The position numbers and the translations under genes are program-made. The notes beneath the pieces are model-generated. The model made no database searches. It had not been told where the DNA came from and was given only the letters and a program-made list of their open reading frames with translations. A DNA stretch of 64,000 nucleotides from Lama glama (taxonomy: Eukaryota). Below are positions 12,411-25,488 of the stretch, piece after piece; the stretch's first letter is position 1; every line of letters starts with the position of its first letter. Location of the stretch: the NCBI GenBank assembly GCA_028534125.1, contig CM052817.1, positions 39,868,001 through 39,932,000 of the forward strand, written 5' to 3'.

Positions 12411-13784
12411 CTTTATGGTATTTTGTAGTGTCATCACCTTATACTTCAGACATAAAAACGAAAGCATTCAACTATAGACACAAAAGTGTACACTCACAAT
12501 ACGTGGATAAAAATAGTGCATCTGTTATGATACAAGTCCTGCTGAAAAGAGGACAAGGACCTCCTAAAAAATAAAGACACTTTCAAGAGTTCACTGAAGT
12601 ACAGGGAACTCTGGAACTCATTGAATTCTGCCTCCTCCTACCCTTTTCACAGAAGTCCTTTCCTCAGCATCCCTGACATCTGGTCTTCCCATCTTTAAAC
12701 ACTTTCACTGACAAGGCGCTTACAACTTCAGAAATTGAGTAGTTCTATTTTTGGACTCAGTGTTACAAAGAGCATCCTAATATAATGAGGCTAAATTTTG
12801 CCTTAAAATGTCTACCATGGTGTCATAGTACTCCTCTGTGAAACTAGGCTATTCCTTTGTTCGTTTGGTAGTTTTTCACATACTTGAAAAGAGCTCTTGT
12901 TGCCTCCAAGGGTTTCTCTTTTCTGCTTCTTTCGTCTGTAGTAAATTATCTGGTTTTAGACCATTCACCATCCTGGTTACCCTTTGCTAGACATAGTCCA
13001 GTTTGTCATTAAGCTCCTGCTCCATGTGCATAAATCTATTACACCACATTTAGGATTATTTCCTTCTTGATCTCAACTGTAGTTCTTTCTTTGTGGCCTA
13101 AAATTGCTTAGTTTTCTTTTTTTTTTAACATCTTATATACATCAGAATTAGCTACAAAGTAAACTTCCATCTTACATTTTTGAATGGTGCTCCCATTGTG
13201 TTACTGTAATTGATCTTTGCAGCAGTCCTCTGAAGTAGGCAGAGTCGGTGTTACATTCAGTCTACAGATGAGGACACTCTGGGCTGATAGGGATGAAGTT
13301 CTAGTTGTTTCCATTGCTGTAGCATTTGGCAGTCTCCAGCCTGTAGTAGAAGTTTAGCAAATATTTGAATAAATAAATAAATGAGATTTAAAGAAATTAA
13401 GTGATTTATCCAAGGAAACACAGCCAGTCAGTAAGTAGTAGAGTAGGACTGTGGTGTCAGACTGTATATTATTAAGGATACAAAGGGAGCTGCGGCAACA
13501 ATGGCCAAAATAAATGACTATCAGTGTCGAAGTTTATTAGACAATTTCGAACACAAGCAGTTCATGGCTGATGTGGGGAATCAGTGGTGTGTCTAGGGAC
13601 CCATACTTCTATCTCATCTCTCAGCCCGTACGTGGCTTCCATCTCATGGTCGTTCCCACCACCCCTTCCGCTTTCCAGCCAGCTTGACAGTAAAAATGGA
13701 TACACCTTGCAGGGTTTTGAGTAGAAGAGTGAGTTAGAGGTTGCAGATAGGGGAGCAAGAATAGAAATCAGGAAACCAGCTGGG

Positions 13785-14370
13785 ATTATATTAAGGTTAA
13801 ACAGTTTTTTGCAGGAATGCCACAAAAACGATGTGTGTCCTTTGCCCATCATATCAGGAGCCATAGGATGTCACTTTATCCCATCACTGATAATGACTCT
13901 GATCATTTGGTTAAGAAAGTGTCGTCTGGCAAGTTTCTTCACTGGAAAGTTATTTTTCCCTTTGTAATTAGTATTTTGGGAATGGATACTTCCTAAATGT
14001 AGATGCCCTATTCTTCATCAAGCTTTCACATAACTGCTTTAGCATCCATCAGTGATTTTTGCCTGACTCAGTTATTTCTGTGATGTTTGTCAAATGATGA
14101 TTTTCTAAATCCATTATTCCTTCTACATTTATTTATTGGCATTTTACTATGAGGAAAAGCTTTTCCTTCATCATATATTTATTTATTCATATATTTATAT
14201 CAGGATGAACCATGGGTTCATACTTATTCAATGAGGTACAGTCCATTATTATCGTTACTTATTTTGATACTCAAATGGCCTCAGAGTTGGCCAGCAGGAG
14301 CCCCTACAAGCTGGTTCCTTTGTCTTTTTGACTTGTCCCCATTATTCTTGGAGTGCTTTCTTGTTCTTGG
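13785..14370 (-). mobile_element. Old L1MC-type 3' UTR fragment
   Basis: gatcatttggttaag...ctggcaagtttcttcactggaaagtta...ttggccagcaggagcccc motifs. Confidence 0.6.
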
Positions 14371-15412
14371 GCTGTATATCAGAGTCTAATCATTAGGAAC
14401 AGAAATTACACGGTAATTTGAACAGGGAAGTTTGATGTAAAGAAGTAGTAACTAGTAACAGAGGTTACTAGTTGGCTTTTAAGAGGTAACAACACTACAA
14501 GTAATTTGATGTTAGTAAGTGATGTCTATTCTAGTAACGCTGACACGTGAGTTTTGTGTAGTTTACTTGTTCTTGCTGATGTGTGTAGTGCTTACAGGAT
14601 GTGTTGGGAGATTCATTTCACATGGTCATCATTACCTCAACTACTGGAAAGCTTACCTAATTATGTTTTAGTCTCCTATATATAAAGTCACCTAATGCTC
14701 TACTTTATATCAGATTGGTAGAGAGTGGGTTTTTTCCCTCTGTGTGATTTTGGTAAGTGTTTTTATTACAAAAATGTTATAAGAGAAGTAATGCAAGTAT
14801 TTCACACCAATATACACAAAACCCAGCTGCAACCAATACCAACAGTTTATTTCTGTTTTTTTAAGGAAAGGGAAAAATCATTATTCAGCAAATACTCATT
14901 GACATCTACTCTGTGTCATGTTTAGAAATACTTTTTTGTTTATTGTGCTTCTTTTGAAGTTAATTTTAAGAGATTGAATTAAACTTTTCTTTGAAACACT
15001 GATACATTTTTAAAAGAGAGCATACTAAACTTTGAGGAATAATAAAATACATATATAAAGGATAATGTTTTCAAGAACTAATTAAATTTTTGCTAAATTG
15101 TCTTAAATTTTATAGATTAAAAGTTAATTTTTATGTGGCTGAGTCTTCAATAAAACAAATCTTTGAGAGTATTAAAGCTCCCTTATTTTTAGTATACCAA
15201 ATGCAGCGATCAGCTAAAATGGCTTTAACTAAATGCCTCAGCTTCATTTACTATAATCGCTTGTTCTTAAGTGGCCATTTTTCAGTCTCATTATTACTTT
15301 TAGTGTCTAGATTGCTGATATGTAAGGATTCGGTTGCTAATAGATCGTGGTAAAATGTTGGCAGTTCTCTAGCAACGTATTTTTTCCCTCATGTCTTGGT
15401 TTTGTATTGTAG

Positions 15413-15520
15413 ATGCTGTTGCATGAAAAAGCAGAGGCCTTGCAGGAAGAAGTAGAGGAGTTACTGCGACCACCTCCTGACTTCCCTGGTGTCGAGGCCT
15501 TCCCCACTGAAAAGGCGTGA
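15413..15520 (+). CDS. HELQ: HELQ terminal coding exon: MLLHEKAEALQEEVEELLRPPPDFPGVEAFPTEKA*
   Basis: attgtag acceptor, TGA at 15518-15520; matches recalled HELQ C-terminus. Confidence 0.95.
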   Translation: MLLHEKAEALQEEVEELLRPPPDFPGVEAFPTEKA

Positions 15521-15572
15521 AGTCATCAGACCAGCATTTTTAAATATGAAGTATTCATTGTACATATGTTTT

Positions 15573-15578
15573 ATTAAA
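15573..15578 (+). terminator. Candidate HELQ polyadenylation signal ATTAAA
   Basis: Common variant hexamer about 50 nt after the stop codon in AT-rich sequence; usage not shown. Confidence 0.45.
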
Positions 15579-16421
15579 GATTCTCTCTAATTTATAAATG
15601 AAAAAAATACATTTTAATTATATATTAAGACCTATGAATGATGTGTGAATATACCTCTCAACCATAATTGCATAAATAATTGCACCTTATTTCTCTGCTC
15701 AGAAATCTGGTGTCTGCCACAAAGTGAAATCCAGCTCTCTTGACACATCCCCAGCCCTTGTGGCCAGATCTTTCTTCATTATTCTCTTACCCATTTCTTT
15801 CATCAAGCCGGACTACTTGAAATCCCAGAATTCTCTGGTTTCCAAACCCTCCATTTCCTAACTGCCTTAGGCTATTCCCAGTGCATGGAAAATTATCTTT
15901 AAAATGTACTGTATACTTTGTGTCAACTAAAAATTCTCAAATACTGTCTCCTCTATGAAATTATCCCAAGTTCAACCTCATTTCCACCCAGTACATGGGT
16001 TCTTTCCCTCTTAAGTATTGTGAGCCTCTCACTTCTGCCCCTGCCTTTTTTAATGCTACTGGTTTGAAGTCTCCTGGAGGGCCAAGACCTTTGTTATCAT
16101 CTTTATATGCCACACAGCACCTACCACAGTTTACTGCACAAAGTAAGAACCTCTGTGAAAAGTGAATACTACTCAAATTAATAATTTAAAGATTCTCTTT
16201 AAACACAACTTAAATATTGCCTCTCCCCGCTCCATTTTCAGATCCACAGCTCAAATGTAAATGACTGGTTAAACTGGAAAGAAATAATTAGCAATATTTA
16301 TAAGTACTGAACTGATTTAGTCAGTTTTCCTCACCTGTCTGAGAGGCATCCATTGGAAACTTTTCAAATAGATCTATCGTCTAAGTTCTTTGTGCCTTAA
16401 CATTTTAGACCATGTATAATA

Positions 16422-16540
16422 TGGACACACCTCAGAGATATTGTGGGTTCAGTTCCAGAATACCACAAAAAAGTGATTATTGCAGTAAAGTGAGTCACAT
16501 TAATTTTTTTGGTTTCCCAGTACATATAAAGTTATGTTTG
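16422..16540 (-). mobile_element. Tigger1 terminal fragment (TcMar DNA transposon)
   Basis: acacctcagagatattgtgggttcagttccaga...gagtcaca...ttttttggtttcccagtacatataaagttatgttt matches the recalled Tigger1 end. Confidence 0.75.
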
Positions 16541-18429
16541 GACTCCCGGGCTACACTGCACAGATTCCATTTGTTACAGCTAAAAAGGCTGTAAAAGAGC
16601 AGCTGGCCCACCTGCTGGCTGCTTGTGCGCAGCCACTGAAGTGTGCTCCAGAGGTCCATGGTCCAGTCTTCAGTGTTTTAAAAATCCAGAAACCCAGGTT
16701 TTATTAGTTTCCCCAAGTGAATAAGGCTGTAAAAGAGCCCTGATTCTTCATAACCGATTTATAAGAGGCTGATTAATAATCCCAATTTAAAATATTAATT
16801 TAAGATTAGAGCTAGCATGTTAGTGGGGTACTTTTGCAGAAACTCGAATGCCTATATCTGCAGCCCAGGACCATCTCCCTCGCCCCCAGTCAGTGTCTCT
16901 CCAGGCCCATTCAATCGAAAGGCTGTACCAAGGGTAATGATGGGAGATGTGTCCTAAAATATATTAAAGTGGAGAGAAATTGAAACAGTTCAGCTCTAGA
17001 GAAGAAGAGAAATGTAGATTAGTGAGGAAAGAGTGGAGAATAAAAAGATTCAAAATACATTTAAGAACTTCATATATAATCAACATGTTTTTTAGGGTTT
17101 TTTTTTTAAATCATTCTTTTTTTCTTCCAGTTTTATTGAGATATAATTGACATACAACACTGTATACTTTTGGGGGGAGGGGAGAGATAAATAGATGTAT
17201 TTGGCTCAATTTAAAGCAGGCTTTCACTAAGATTGATGTTTGGTTTCCTTCCATCTGTATTGTGAAACCAAGGTCTTGGTCTTTAATTTTTGTTCTTGGG
17301 TTTTTTCTCAGCATGGTCACAGGGGAGTAGGAAGGGAGTTTTGCATGAATTAGTCCAGTTCTTCATATAGCTCTGAAGTTCACCTTTCAAGACTCCTGCA
17401 GCAAGAGGAAGCCTTCAGAAACTGAAACGACCTTGGAAAGTTGCGTTCATCCATCACTTGGGCCCTAGCAGGTGCAGTCCAGAATGACCTCAAGGGGGCT
17501 TCAACTTTTATAGTCAACAGGCTGCACTTTAGTTGTTCCAGTCTGTGCAGACACACTAAATCAAAATTAAGTATTAACGATGGCGGCGTCTGTGCCATTC
17601 TGCTGGGGAAACTAAAATGCAGAGAAACGAGGCTCTAACAGCTGTCAGTAATTGGGTCACTGCCTTCTCCTGTGCCCTGGCTTCCTCGATTTACTCCAGC
17701 ACCTACTATCATTTACGGCCCTGCTGCCAAAAAGGCTCGCCTTTGCCAAGATATTGGGCTGGAGGAACATGAGTTCTTGCAGGAGAGGCTAAAAGTCCTT
17801 GAGACAGGCACAGAAGAAGGACATGAGTCCACAGCAGGAAGAGGTGAGGACTCTGCAATGCCTCACTCAGAGGTACCACGTGTAGAACAAGCTCGCAGGG
17901 GCTGCATCTGCCCTCCTGTTACTAACGCAGCGTGTATTTTAGGTGGAGGCTGACTTGTGAGGTGACCTTTTATCTTCTCCTTCAGAATGAGCATATTCCA
18001 GCAGGTGCTACCAAAACTTCTTGTCAATTCAGCAGAGAAGGAGTTCTTCCCATTATTTAGTCCAAATGCGTAATTGGTGTATTAATTCTTAATGGCTAGT
18101 GGTCCCACTCATCCATAGTAGTCAGCTGGATTCCTCTATCTGATACAGACGGCTAAACGGGCTAAGACCAGGCGTCCCATCCCAGATTTCCCCTTTTCCA
18201 CAGTGAACTTCAGTGATCTCTGTTGAATAAGAAAGTTGAATTTCGCTCTTGGAAACAGACGCCCTGGCTGGTCTCTGCTCAAATTGTAGGGAAATGGTTC
18301 CAATGATTCCAAGACATTCTCACAAACTTTCTAATCTCCTCTTCATTCTGCTAAAAACCCTTTTCTCTTTCTTAAAGAAATCTATTTGTTCTTCCCATAA
18401 AAGTCTTTTCTCATCCCTCCCTTTCTTTT

Positions 18430-18606
18430 ACTAGTTGAGATACAAATTCTAACCACCCTTTTGTGTTATCCATTGCTGAGCCCTCCCAAGTATATGCAAA
18501 TAAACGCTGTCTTTTCTCTTGTTAATTTGTCTTCTGTCAGTCACATTCGCAGTCCTTCAGGTACTGAACCTAAGAGGGTAGAGGAAAAGTTTTTCCTTTC
18601 CAACCA
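18430..18606 (+). mobile_element. ERV1 LTR 3' portion (MER34/MER39-like)
   Basis: aataaa...ttgttaatttgtcttctgtcag...aacctaagagggtagaggaaaagtttttcct. Confidence 0.65.
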
Positions 18607-20222
18607 GCCAATGAGAGGCACTGGCAGAAGATAGGGCAGCACATCTGGCTCTGTCTCCTTCAAGTTTCCAGCTTCTGCGAGATGGTTCCTTGTGGCCTCA
18701 GCTCCTCGGGCGGCCTCCTGTGCGGTTAGTTCCCACAGAAGGTGGAGGTCCTGGCTCCTGGACTCCTGCCTTCCCCCAGGGACCACCTCCTTCCTGGATC
18801 TCTCTAGCCCTGCAGGCAATAGCAGCTTTCCATTGTTGCTCTATATGGCTTGCCTCTGTGTCATTTGACTTTTCCACACTTTTGTGTTAGTTGTCTACAT
18901 CATATTGCCTCAACTGAACTGTTTGGGATGGGCTCTGTTTTCCAAACTGCACCCTCTCTGATAAAACAGTCACAGCATGGCCCTCCTCACCACCTGCAGG
19001 GCCTTTCCACTGTCAGCCATCCTTAAACTCTTTGCAGGAACAGGAATCAATGTTTTAAGGACAGTAAGAACTCAAGAAGCATGGACTGGCTGGCAAAGGA
19101 AGTAACAACTGAGCTGTCTGGCCATGATGTGTGTCCATAGCCATGAGTAAGGAAAAACACAGAGAAGAAAGATGGAGTCCAGAGGGCTAAAGGGAAATAT
19201 TGGGGCCAGCTTCCAGAATCTGAACACTGCTGAAAATCTTCCTCCGATCCTACTGTGGAAACTAGAAGGGTATCAATTTAGGAAAGATGTCAATCACAGA
19301 GTTTGGTACCTGCTGAATTGCTTTACACAACTTATACTTTCTATTGAGGGTCACCTGTGCGCTGCAGAGGATGTAAAGGTGAGTCTGACAGGATCCGATC
19401 CTTAGGAAACATGTAGCTTAGTAGAAGAGAGAAGGCATCCTCGTAAATAACTATAACAAAAGTGATTAAGGGGTGGATCTTAAGAGCAGAGGTAGAAGCT
19501 CAGTGTTGAGGGAGATTAGAAGAGGATGTTAAGACCATTTCCCTGATCCATTTGGGGGAAAAAGGAAAGCATGGAGAGTGTGCAAGTGCTGTGTGCCACT
19601 TGCTTGCTGAATTCCCAAACATGGCTTGGACGACTGACATAAACAAAGAACTCAGAATATGGCTTCAGGCATGGCTAGATCCAGGACTCAAATTTTCTTC
19701 CCCAGAAAAAAACCTGTCTCTTTTTATCTTAATTCTGCTTCCCTCCCCCTACCCCCACAATTGCTTCCATTCTCAGTCAGGCTTATTCTCACAGCTAAGT
19801 AAAACCAACCAAAAAAGAATTCCTCTTTCATGCTTTTCATGGCAGCTAGAAGGATGAGCGATCGAACATATCCAAGGCCTACAAGACAACCCCTAATGCT
19901 ACAATGGTTTGGGTCATAACCCCCTCCCTGGCCTGACTGAGAACGATAATCAAAGTGTTGTTATTAAATTTAGAAGAAAAAAAAAGGAGGCTGGCTGCTG
20001 GGCTGGTACAGAGATGTCTTCCACTTAGAGGACTGGGTCTAAGTTCATCTGAGAATGGCAGTGTTCTGTCCATGCATCAGCAAACATCACTGCAACATGC
20101 ATCAGACAGCAGACTACATCAGGCAAGGCTCATGTAGTGAGAACAGAAGGCTTACGGACATCCCAGACCAGTTGAGGCTCAACTATCTGTTTGGGTTGTG
20201 TGTCTTGACAATTTGTCTAGGC

Positions 20223-20430
20223 TAGTACCTTTCAGTGGTGGGTGGTTCTAGTCCCCATGCCACCCGGGACGTTTTTAGCTGTCATTGGTTGTGTGTGGGG
20301 GATGTCCTACTGGCATCTAGTGGGTAGAGACCAGGGATGCTGCTAAACATCCTACAGAGCACAGCACAGTTCCCACCAGGAAGAATTATCTGTTCCCAAA
20401 AATGTTAATAGTCACACTCAAAAAATCCTG
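20223..20430 (+). mobile_element. MER20 (hAT-Charlie) with perfect 8-bp TSD GTCTAGGC
   Basis: Core ctactggcatctagtgggtagagaccagggatgctgctaaacatcctaca; TSD at 20215-20222 and 20431-20438. Confidence 0.88.
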
Positions 20431-21267
20431 GTCTAGGCAATCAGAAAAGAGTATGTTTCTGCTGTTTTGCCAAAAAGGGAAAACTGTAATCTTGACATTT
20501 ACTGAATATTTTTTTGTTGTTGTTCATTATCTGACACAAATTAAGTGAGTTGGTAATTACCCCACAGTATGTATGAGGGTGAATAAGAGGCTTAATTCTT
20601 GTCAGAAAGACCCTCCCTACCACCATTTTAGAATTTCTTTCTCTGTCTCTTTCAAACATATGTAAATCTTTTAAATGGCTAAATAAGCTTCTTGCTGGTC
20701 TCACAAAGACCTGGGAGCCATCTCTATGAAATGTTTCATCAAGGAAGACAGCATCGTCTCTCCCACTTTCCCAGGAGGAGACAGGCCTCGCGGTCATCTG
20801 CCCCCCAAACCCCGACTGCACCTTGCAAAGCCGACCTGCCGCTGGGATGGCACCCTCTCTGCTGTGAGTAATGAGGTGGCTTCCTGTCTCCGCCACCTCT
20901 TAGCAGGTAGACTGACATGCACTCCACATCCTACTTCATGCTATTCACTGATCCAATTGTTTCCTTTTTCTTCTTTGTAAAGAGGTTTTCTGGGTTGTGA
21001 AGAGACTTTTGTTTTTAATTCTGTTTCTCCACCAAATGCCAGTTGGTGAGAGTGGTTAAAGGGCAAACTGTCAGAGACACGCATTGCTCCGTGGTTTTCT
21101 GATAAGGGTATTCCACGCCAATTTGTTGTTACTTTCCTTTCATCTTGATTCACTTCACGATTAAGTTCTCTGTTGGTTAAATGTTCTTATAACCTGTCCT
21201 TAACAAAATTATCATAAACATTAACATTGTTTTCAGATAACTTGTATGAGATCTTAAAAATCACTTT

Positions 21268-21456
21268 TGGTTGATAATAATGTGCCCATGTTAGTTCATT
21301 GATTGTACCAAATATGCCACACTGATGAGGGATGTTGAGGGCAGGGGAGTATATATGTGTGAGGGGGGAGGGCTATGTGCCAACTCTCCATATTTTCTGC
21401 TCATTTCTGCTGTGAACCTGAAACTGCTCTAAAAGAATAAAATCTATTTTAAAAAA
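21268..21456 (+). mobile_element. L1MC-type 3' end
   Basis: ttctgctgtgaacctgaaactgctctaaaagaataaaatctattttaaaaaa. Confidence 0.7.
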
Positions 21457-22334
21457 TCTCCTTTGTTCCAAAAGGAAGTTTTGCTGTTTCACATTCCTTC
21501 AAACAAATCATTCTATTCCTTTCAAAATTTTTCCTTTCTTTTACTAATAGGAGCTATACTTAATAAAAATAATTCCCATAGCTGGGCTCTAGTGATTAGC
21601 TTGTGTATTTTTGTGAAAAATAAAATGAAATAAAACGAACTCTGGCTTCAGGTTTGGAAACCAAATGTTGAACCTCTGCATAGATTGCAAAATCCCAGAG
21701 GAAACAGCTTTACCTTCTGCTACCTGCATAACCATCCAAAGAACAAGGAGTGCTGAATGTGCAAGAAATACTTAAAAGCAATGTCAAATCTGGATAGAAG
21801 GTAGAACAAAAATAAAAAAAAAAAAAAACAACAAAATCCCTAGCTAACAAAAGTGGTCTCAAGGACATGGACTATCTTCTATTTCTAATTACTTACTTTT
21901 GTTTTTTAAATATTTATTGTGGAGAAAAGAGCTTTTTTTTTATTATAATACTAACATTCACTGCTGAAAATTTAGGAAATAAAGAAAAACCAAAATAAGG
22001 AAATTTATAAGTGGTCTCCTCCAGAAATAACTCATGCTGACACTTCGGTATGTATTCTTTTCTTCTTCCTGTGCAAATATCTACATTTTAATAATGTAAC
22101 TGAATATGCTGCCCATTAGTCCTGTGGAAGAGAGAGAGGGGTCACTGTGGACATCTGGGATTCACACACGCTCCAGCAGTTGCTAGAATCGGATGACAGC
22201 AGTAATGATCATGCCTTTTTTGGGCAGAATCACCCATCCTTGTTAAGATAATGTGCTGGGATGTTTACATTGGTACAAAGTCAAGCCACACAGCCACAAA
22301 TGAAAAAAAAAATAGCTCTCTTTTCCAAAGCCTT

Positions 22335-22873
22335 TATAGAGAAGGAAAAACTTTTCCCCCTCCTCACTTATGTTTAATGCCTGGGACCTGTGAACTAAAT
22401 TGACCGAAGAGTAACAGGAGAAAAAGTTTTACTGGTATACCCACAGAAGCCAAGAAAAGAAGCATATGGCTAGTTAACTGGTTAAAATTGGAGGCTTACA
22501 TGTCTAACAGCTTCTATGGGAAGAATAAATGCATTTCTTTAGGACAGACAAATGGATTTTTAGGAGAATAAATGTGAGATGAGAAAGTTTGTAATAATGT
22601 TTGTTTAGGCAGGTACAGTGGCCTGTCCGTCCTCTTCATGGTCATGAAACACCCCTTGAGAGGGGATGTGTGGTAGATTTACTCTTAGTCTCTCTCCTGG
22701 GAGTGGAAACCACCCCAAAGAGATTTTATGGCAGCCTCATTTCTCTAAAGTTTCTGCTCTTGGTCAGATAAGGGAGCTCTGAGAAGGCTTTTTCTCTACA
22801 TCTGTTGAATCTCAAATGTCTTCAGCTTAAAATACTCTTTAGACCAACTCAGGGCTCTGAGCAGGTCCCCACA
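22335..22873 (-). mobile_element. ERV1 solo LTR (MER34/39-like)
   Basis: Starts with the reverse complement of an LTR 3' end like that at 18590-18606; ends ...ggtccccaca. Confidence 0.6.
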
Positions 22874-23357
22874 CTTTCAAAAAGGGAAAAATCAATAACA
22901 TGGTGGATGCCAATACTTTGTGAATCATGGCACTGGGCTGGGTCCACAGGTTGGTTCTGATTAATCCCATTCTACAAAACGTCAACTAGAGGCTCAGAGA
23001 AGTTAGACCATGGACCCAATCATCTGAGCGAAATTGTATTAGAGGATCTTTGAACCATTCTTCTTTTATTCAACAAATATTTGGTGACTGAATCCTATGT
23101 GGCAGGTTTTATACAGGCACTGAGGATGCAGATAATAAGTTGCTCCTGCCTTCAAGGCACTGCAGCATAAGGGGAAGTCAGAGCAGAGTGCTGACTGCTG
23201 TGCAAGGAACAAACAGGTGCTGCGCTAGGGACGGGTACTGTGCACACAGGTAGAGGCAGGTGCTGGAGAGACACGGAGGAGGAACATCTCCATCAGCCAG
23301 CTGGCTGTCAGCCTTCTGGCTGAATCCGGCCCTCACATATATCTTGACCTATACAAT

Positions 23358-23719
23358 TGTTATGGATTGAACTGTGTCCTCTAAAAAGATGTGCTGAAGT
23401 CTTAACTGTAGCACCTCACAATGTGACCTTCTCTGGAAATAGGCTGTTGCAGAAGTAACTAGTTACGATGAGGTGATAGTGGAGGAGGCTGGGCCCTACG
23501 TCCTGTGTCACTGATGTCCTCATAAGAAGATGATGTGAAGATACAGGGCGAGAATGTCACGGTGGAGGCAGAGATGGGAGTCATGTGTCCTCAAGCCAAG
23601 GATGGCCCAGCTACTCCTTGAGTTCAGACTTCTAGCCCCAGAAATGTGAGAACACATTTCTGTTGGTTTAAGCCACGCAGTTGTGGCCCTGTGTTCCACA
23701 GCCCTAGGCAACAAATACA
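23358..23719 (+). mobile_element. MaLR solo LTR (MLT1B/C-like)
   Basis: tgttatggattgaactgtgtcc...cagccctaggcaacaaataca; near-TSD acaat/acagt. Confidence 0.85.
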
Positions 23720-24497
23720 ACAGTGCAATATCTAAGAAAGTCATTTGATGACGGTGGTGGTGATGCTTCTTTCCCATACTGGGTCTCCTCTTTGCATGGA
23801 AGGAGGGAGCTCTGAAATTCCAACGCTCCTGACTATCTGATCTTCTCCACCCCTCCCTCACTCTTCCCCAGCCAAGGAGGAGTAAATTGCAATTGCTGAG
23901 TCTGGGATAAGGAGCAGGGCTGGGGTCCTAGGTCCCTTGGCTCAGTTTCCTCTTTGAATGACTCTGCCCTCAGGGCAACTCTCTCCTGTTCAGATCTTCT
24001 GGACTATGAATGGTTTCGGGCTGACCTCCCTTCGGGGGTGGGTCTTTGGGTGGGTTCTCCAGAAACAGAACTGGAGGTGTGCAATTGCTTTATTGGGGGA
24101 GAGCTCTCAAGAGACGCAGGGCAGGAGAGGGGAATAGAATGAGGCAAGCACGTGGTCTCCACTGGAGCCCGGCTCGGTCTAATCCCACGGAGAAGCTTGG
24201 GAGCACAGACTGCAACACAGAATTAGTTCTTTTGAGGCTGTTTGTTCCATCGTTCATCAGTCAGTCACTGGACAACTCAGAGACGGGCAAGAGCATGGGA
24301 GAGCCTCCAGGGCAGACCAGGGCAGCACCGCTGTGGCCGAGGGCCATTCTCTAGCAAAGGCAGCAAGTGTGGGACGTTATCAGCCCCCACTCCCAGAAAC
24401 TAAGGGATTGGATCACACACACACACACACATATCCCGGCCACCTCGGAGACAGGAGGAAGGAAAAAGGGCACCACCATTAGAAGAATGACAGCCAT

Positions 24498-24712
24498 TGA
24501 GGATACAACAGAAACTGGTTAGAACCTACTAAGCCCAAATGGCAGAAGATCTGACTTCCAGAGGGTATCTCTCTAAATAAACCTGTTTTCACTTTACTAT
24601 GGCTCGCTCTTGTATTCTTTCCTGCAAGAAGCCAAGGACCCTCACTTGGTGGAGCACGTCCCCTGGGACTCACTTGAAACCTGGGACATGACCATCCTCT
24701 CACATCATGTTT
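24498..24712 (+). mobile_element. Internally deleted ERV1-type LTR
   Basis: LTR-like 5' end (aaactggttagaacc...cccaaatggcagaagat) joined directly to an aataaa-containing R/U5-like segment. Confidence 0.5.
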
Positions 24713-25387
24713 TCGGGCGGCAGCTCCACTCCAGGGAGCCTGCTGTGGTCCTGCACTGCTTCTGTCTGGGTAGGCAAACGTGTGTATCTGGGGGAAATAA
24801 TCGGGAAGAACCACAACCAGGAGCAGCCCCTTCCCCCTGAGGTGCCTTCTAGTGAAAGAGTCGAACAAAGTGTTCTCTGCAATGGAGGTGATGCAAGGGT
24901 CTAGCCTGTCATCACCGAGCTGATCACAGAGTGGATTTTGAGCTTGATGGGGCAATCAGTCGGTAACTGGCGCACACACTAAGACCACATTTGGACACTA
25001 AACCTTCCTTGGCTTTTCTTCTTTTCCTCCATTCTTTTTGAGTGTTTATAAGACTTATCCCCAGATTCACCTCGCTCTTTTGCTCCGGCTGGTAGGGCTA
25101 GGCTGGCTGGGTGCATGCTGCAGTCCTCACACCGCCAGGAGGCTCTGAGCCGCTGACGGGGACAGAAGTGGCACGACGAACAGTATAAGAAAACCCATTT
25201 TGCGCAGCCCTGAAAGCCGGGCCCTTTGGAGGTGCTGGAAGGAATAGGGCTGAAGCCAACAGCCAAATGCTGCCAGACACCTGTCCTAGAGTGATGCCTG
25301 CTTGAACTGTACTGAGGAAAACAATGGCGCTCTGATTGTTGGGTTTGGTCTCAAAGGCCATGCTGCTGGTGACTTTTCTGGAGTCTA

Positions 25388-25488
25388 TTTGTTTGTTTGT
25401 TTATTTATTTAATGAAGGTACTGGGGATTAAACCCAGGAACTTGTGCATGCTAAGCACGCACCCTGCCACCAAGCTGTACCCACCGCC
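25388..25488 (-). mobile_element. tRNA-derived SINE
   Basis: Family core; TSD ctggagtcta at 25378-25387 and 25489-25498. Confidence 0.9.

Noticed and set aside
25119..25145. CTCF-like site ccgccaggaggctc with upstream tgcagtcc
   Set aside because: Core mismatches and non-canonical upstream spacing; unsupported without data
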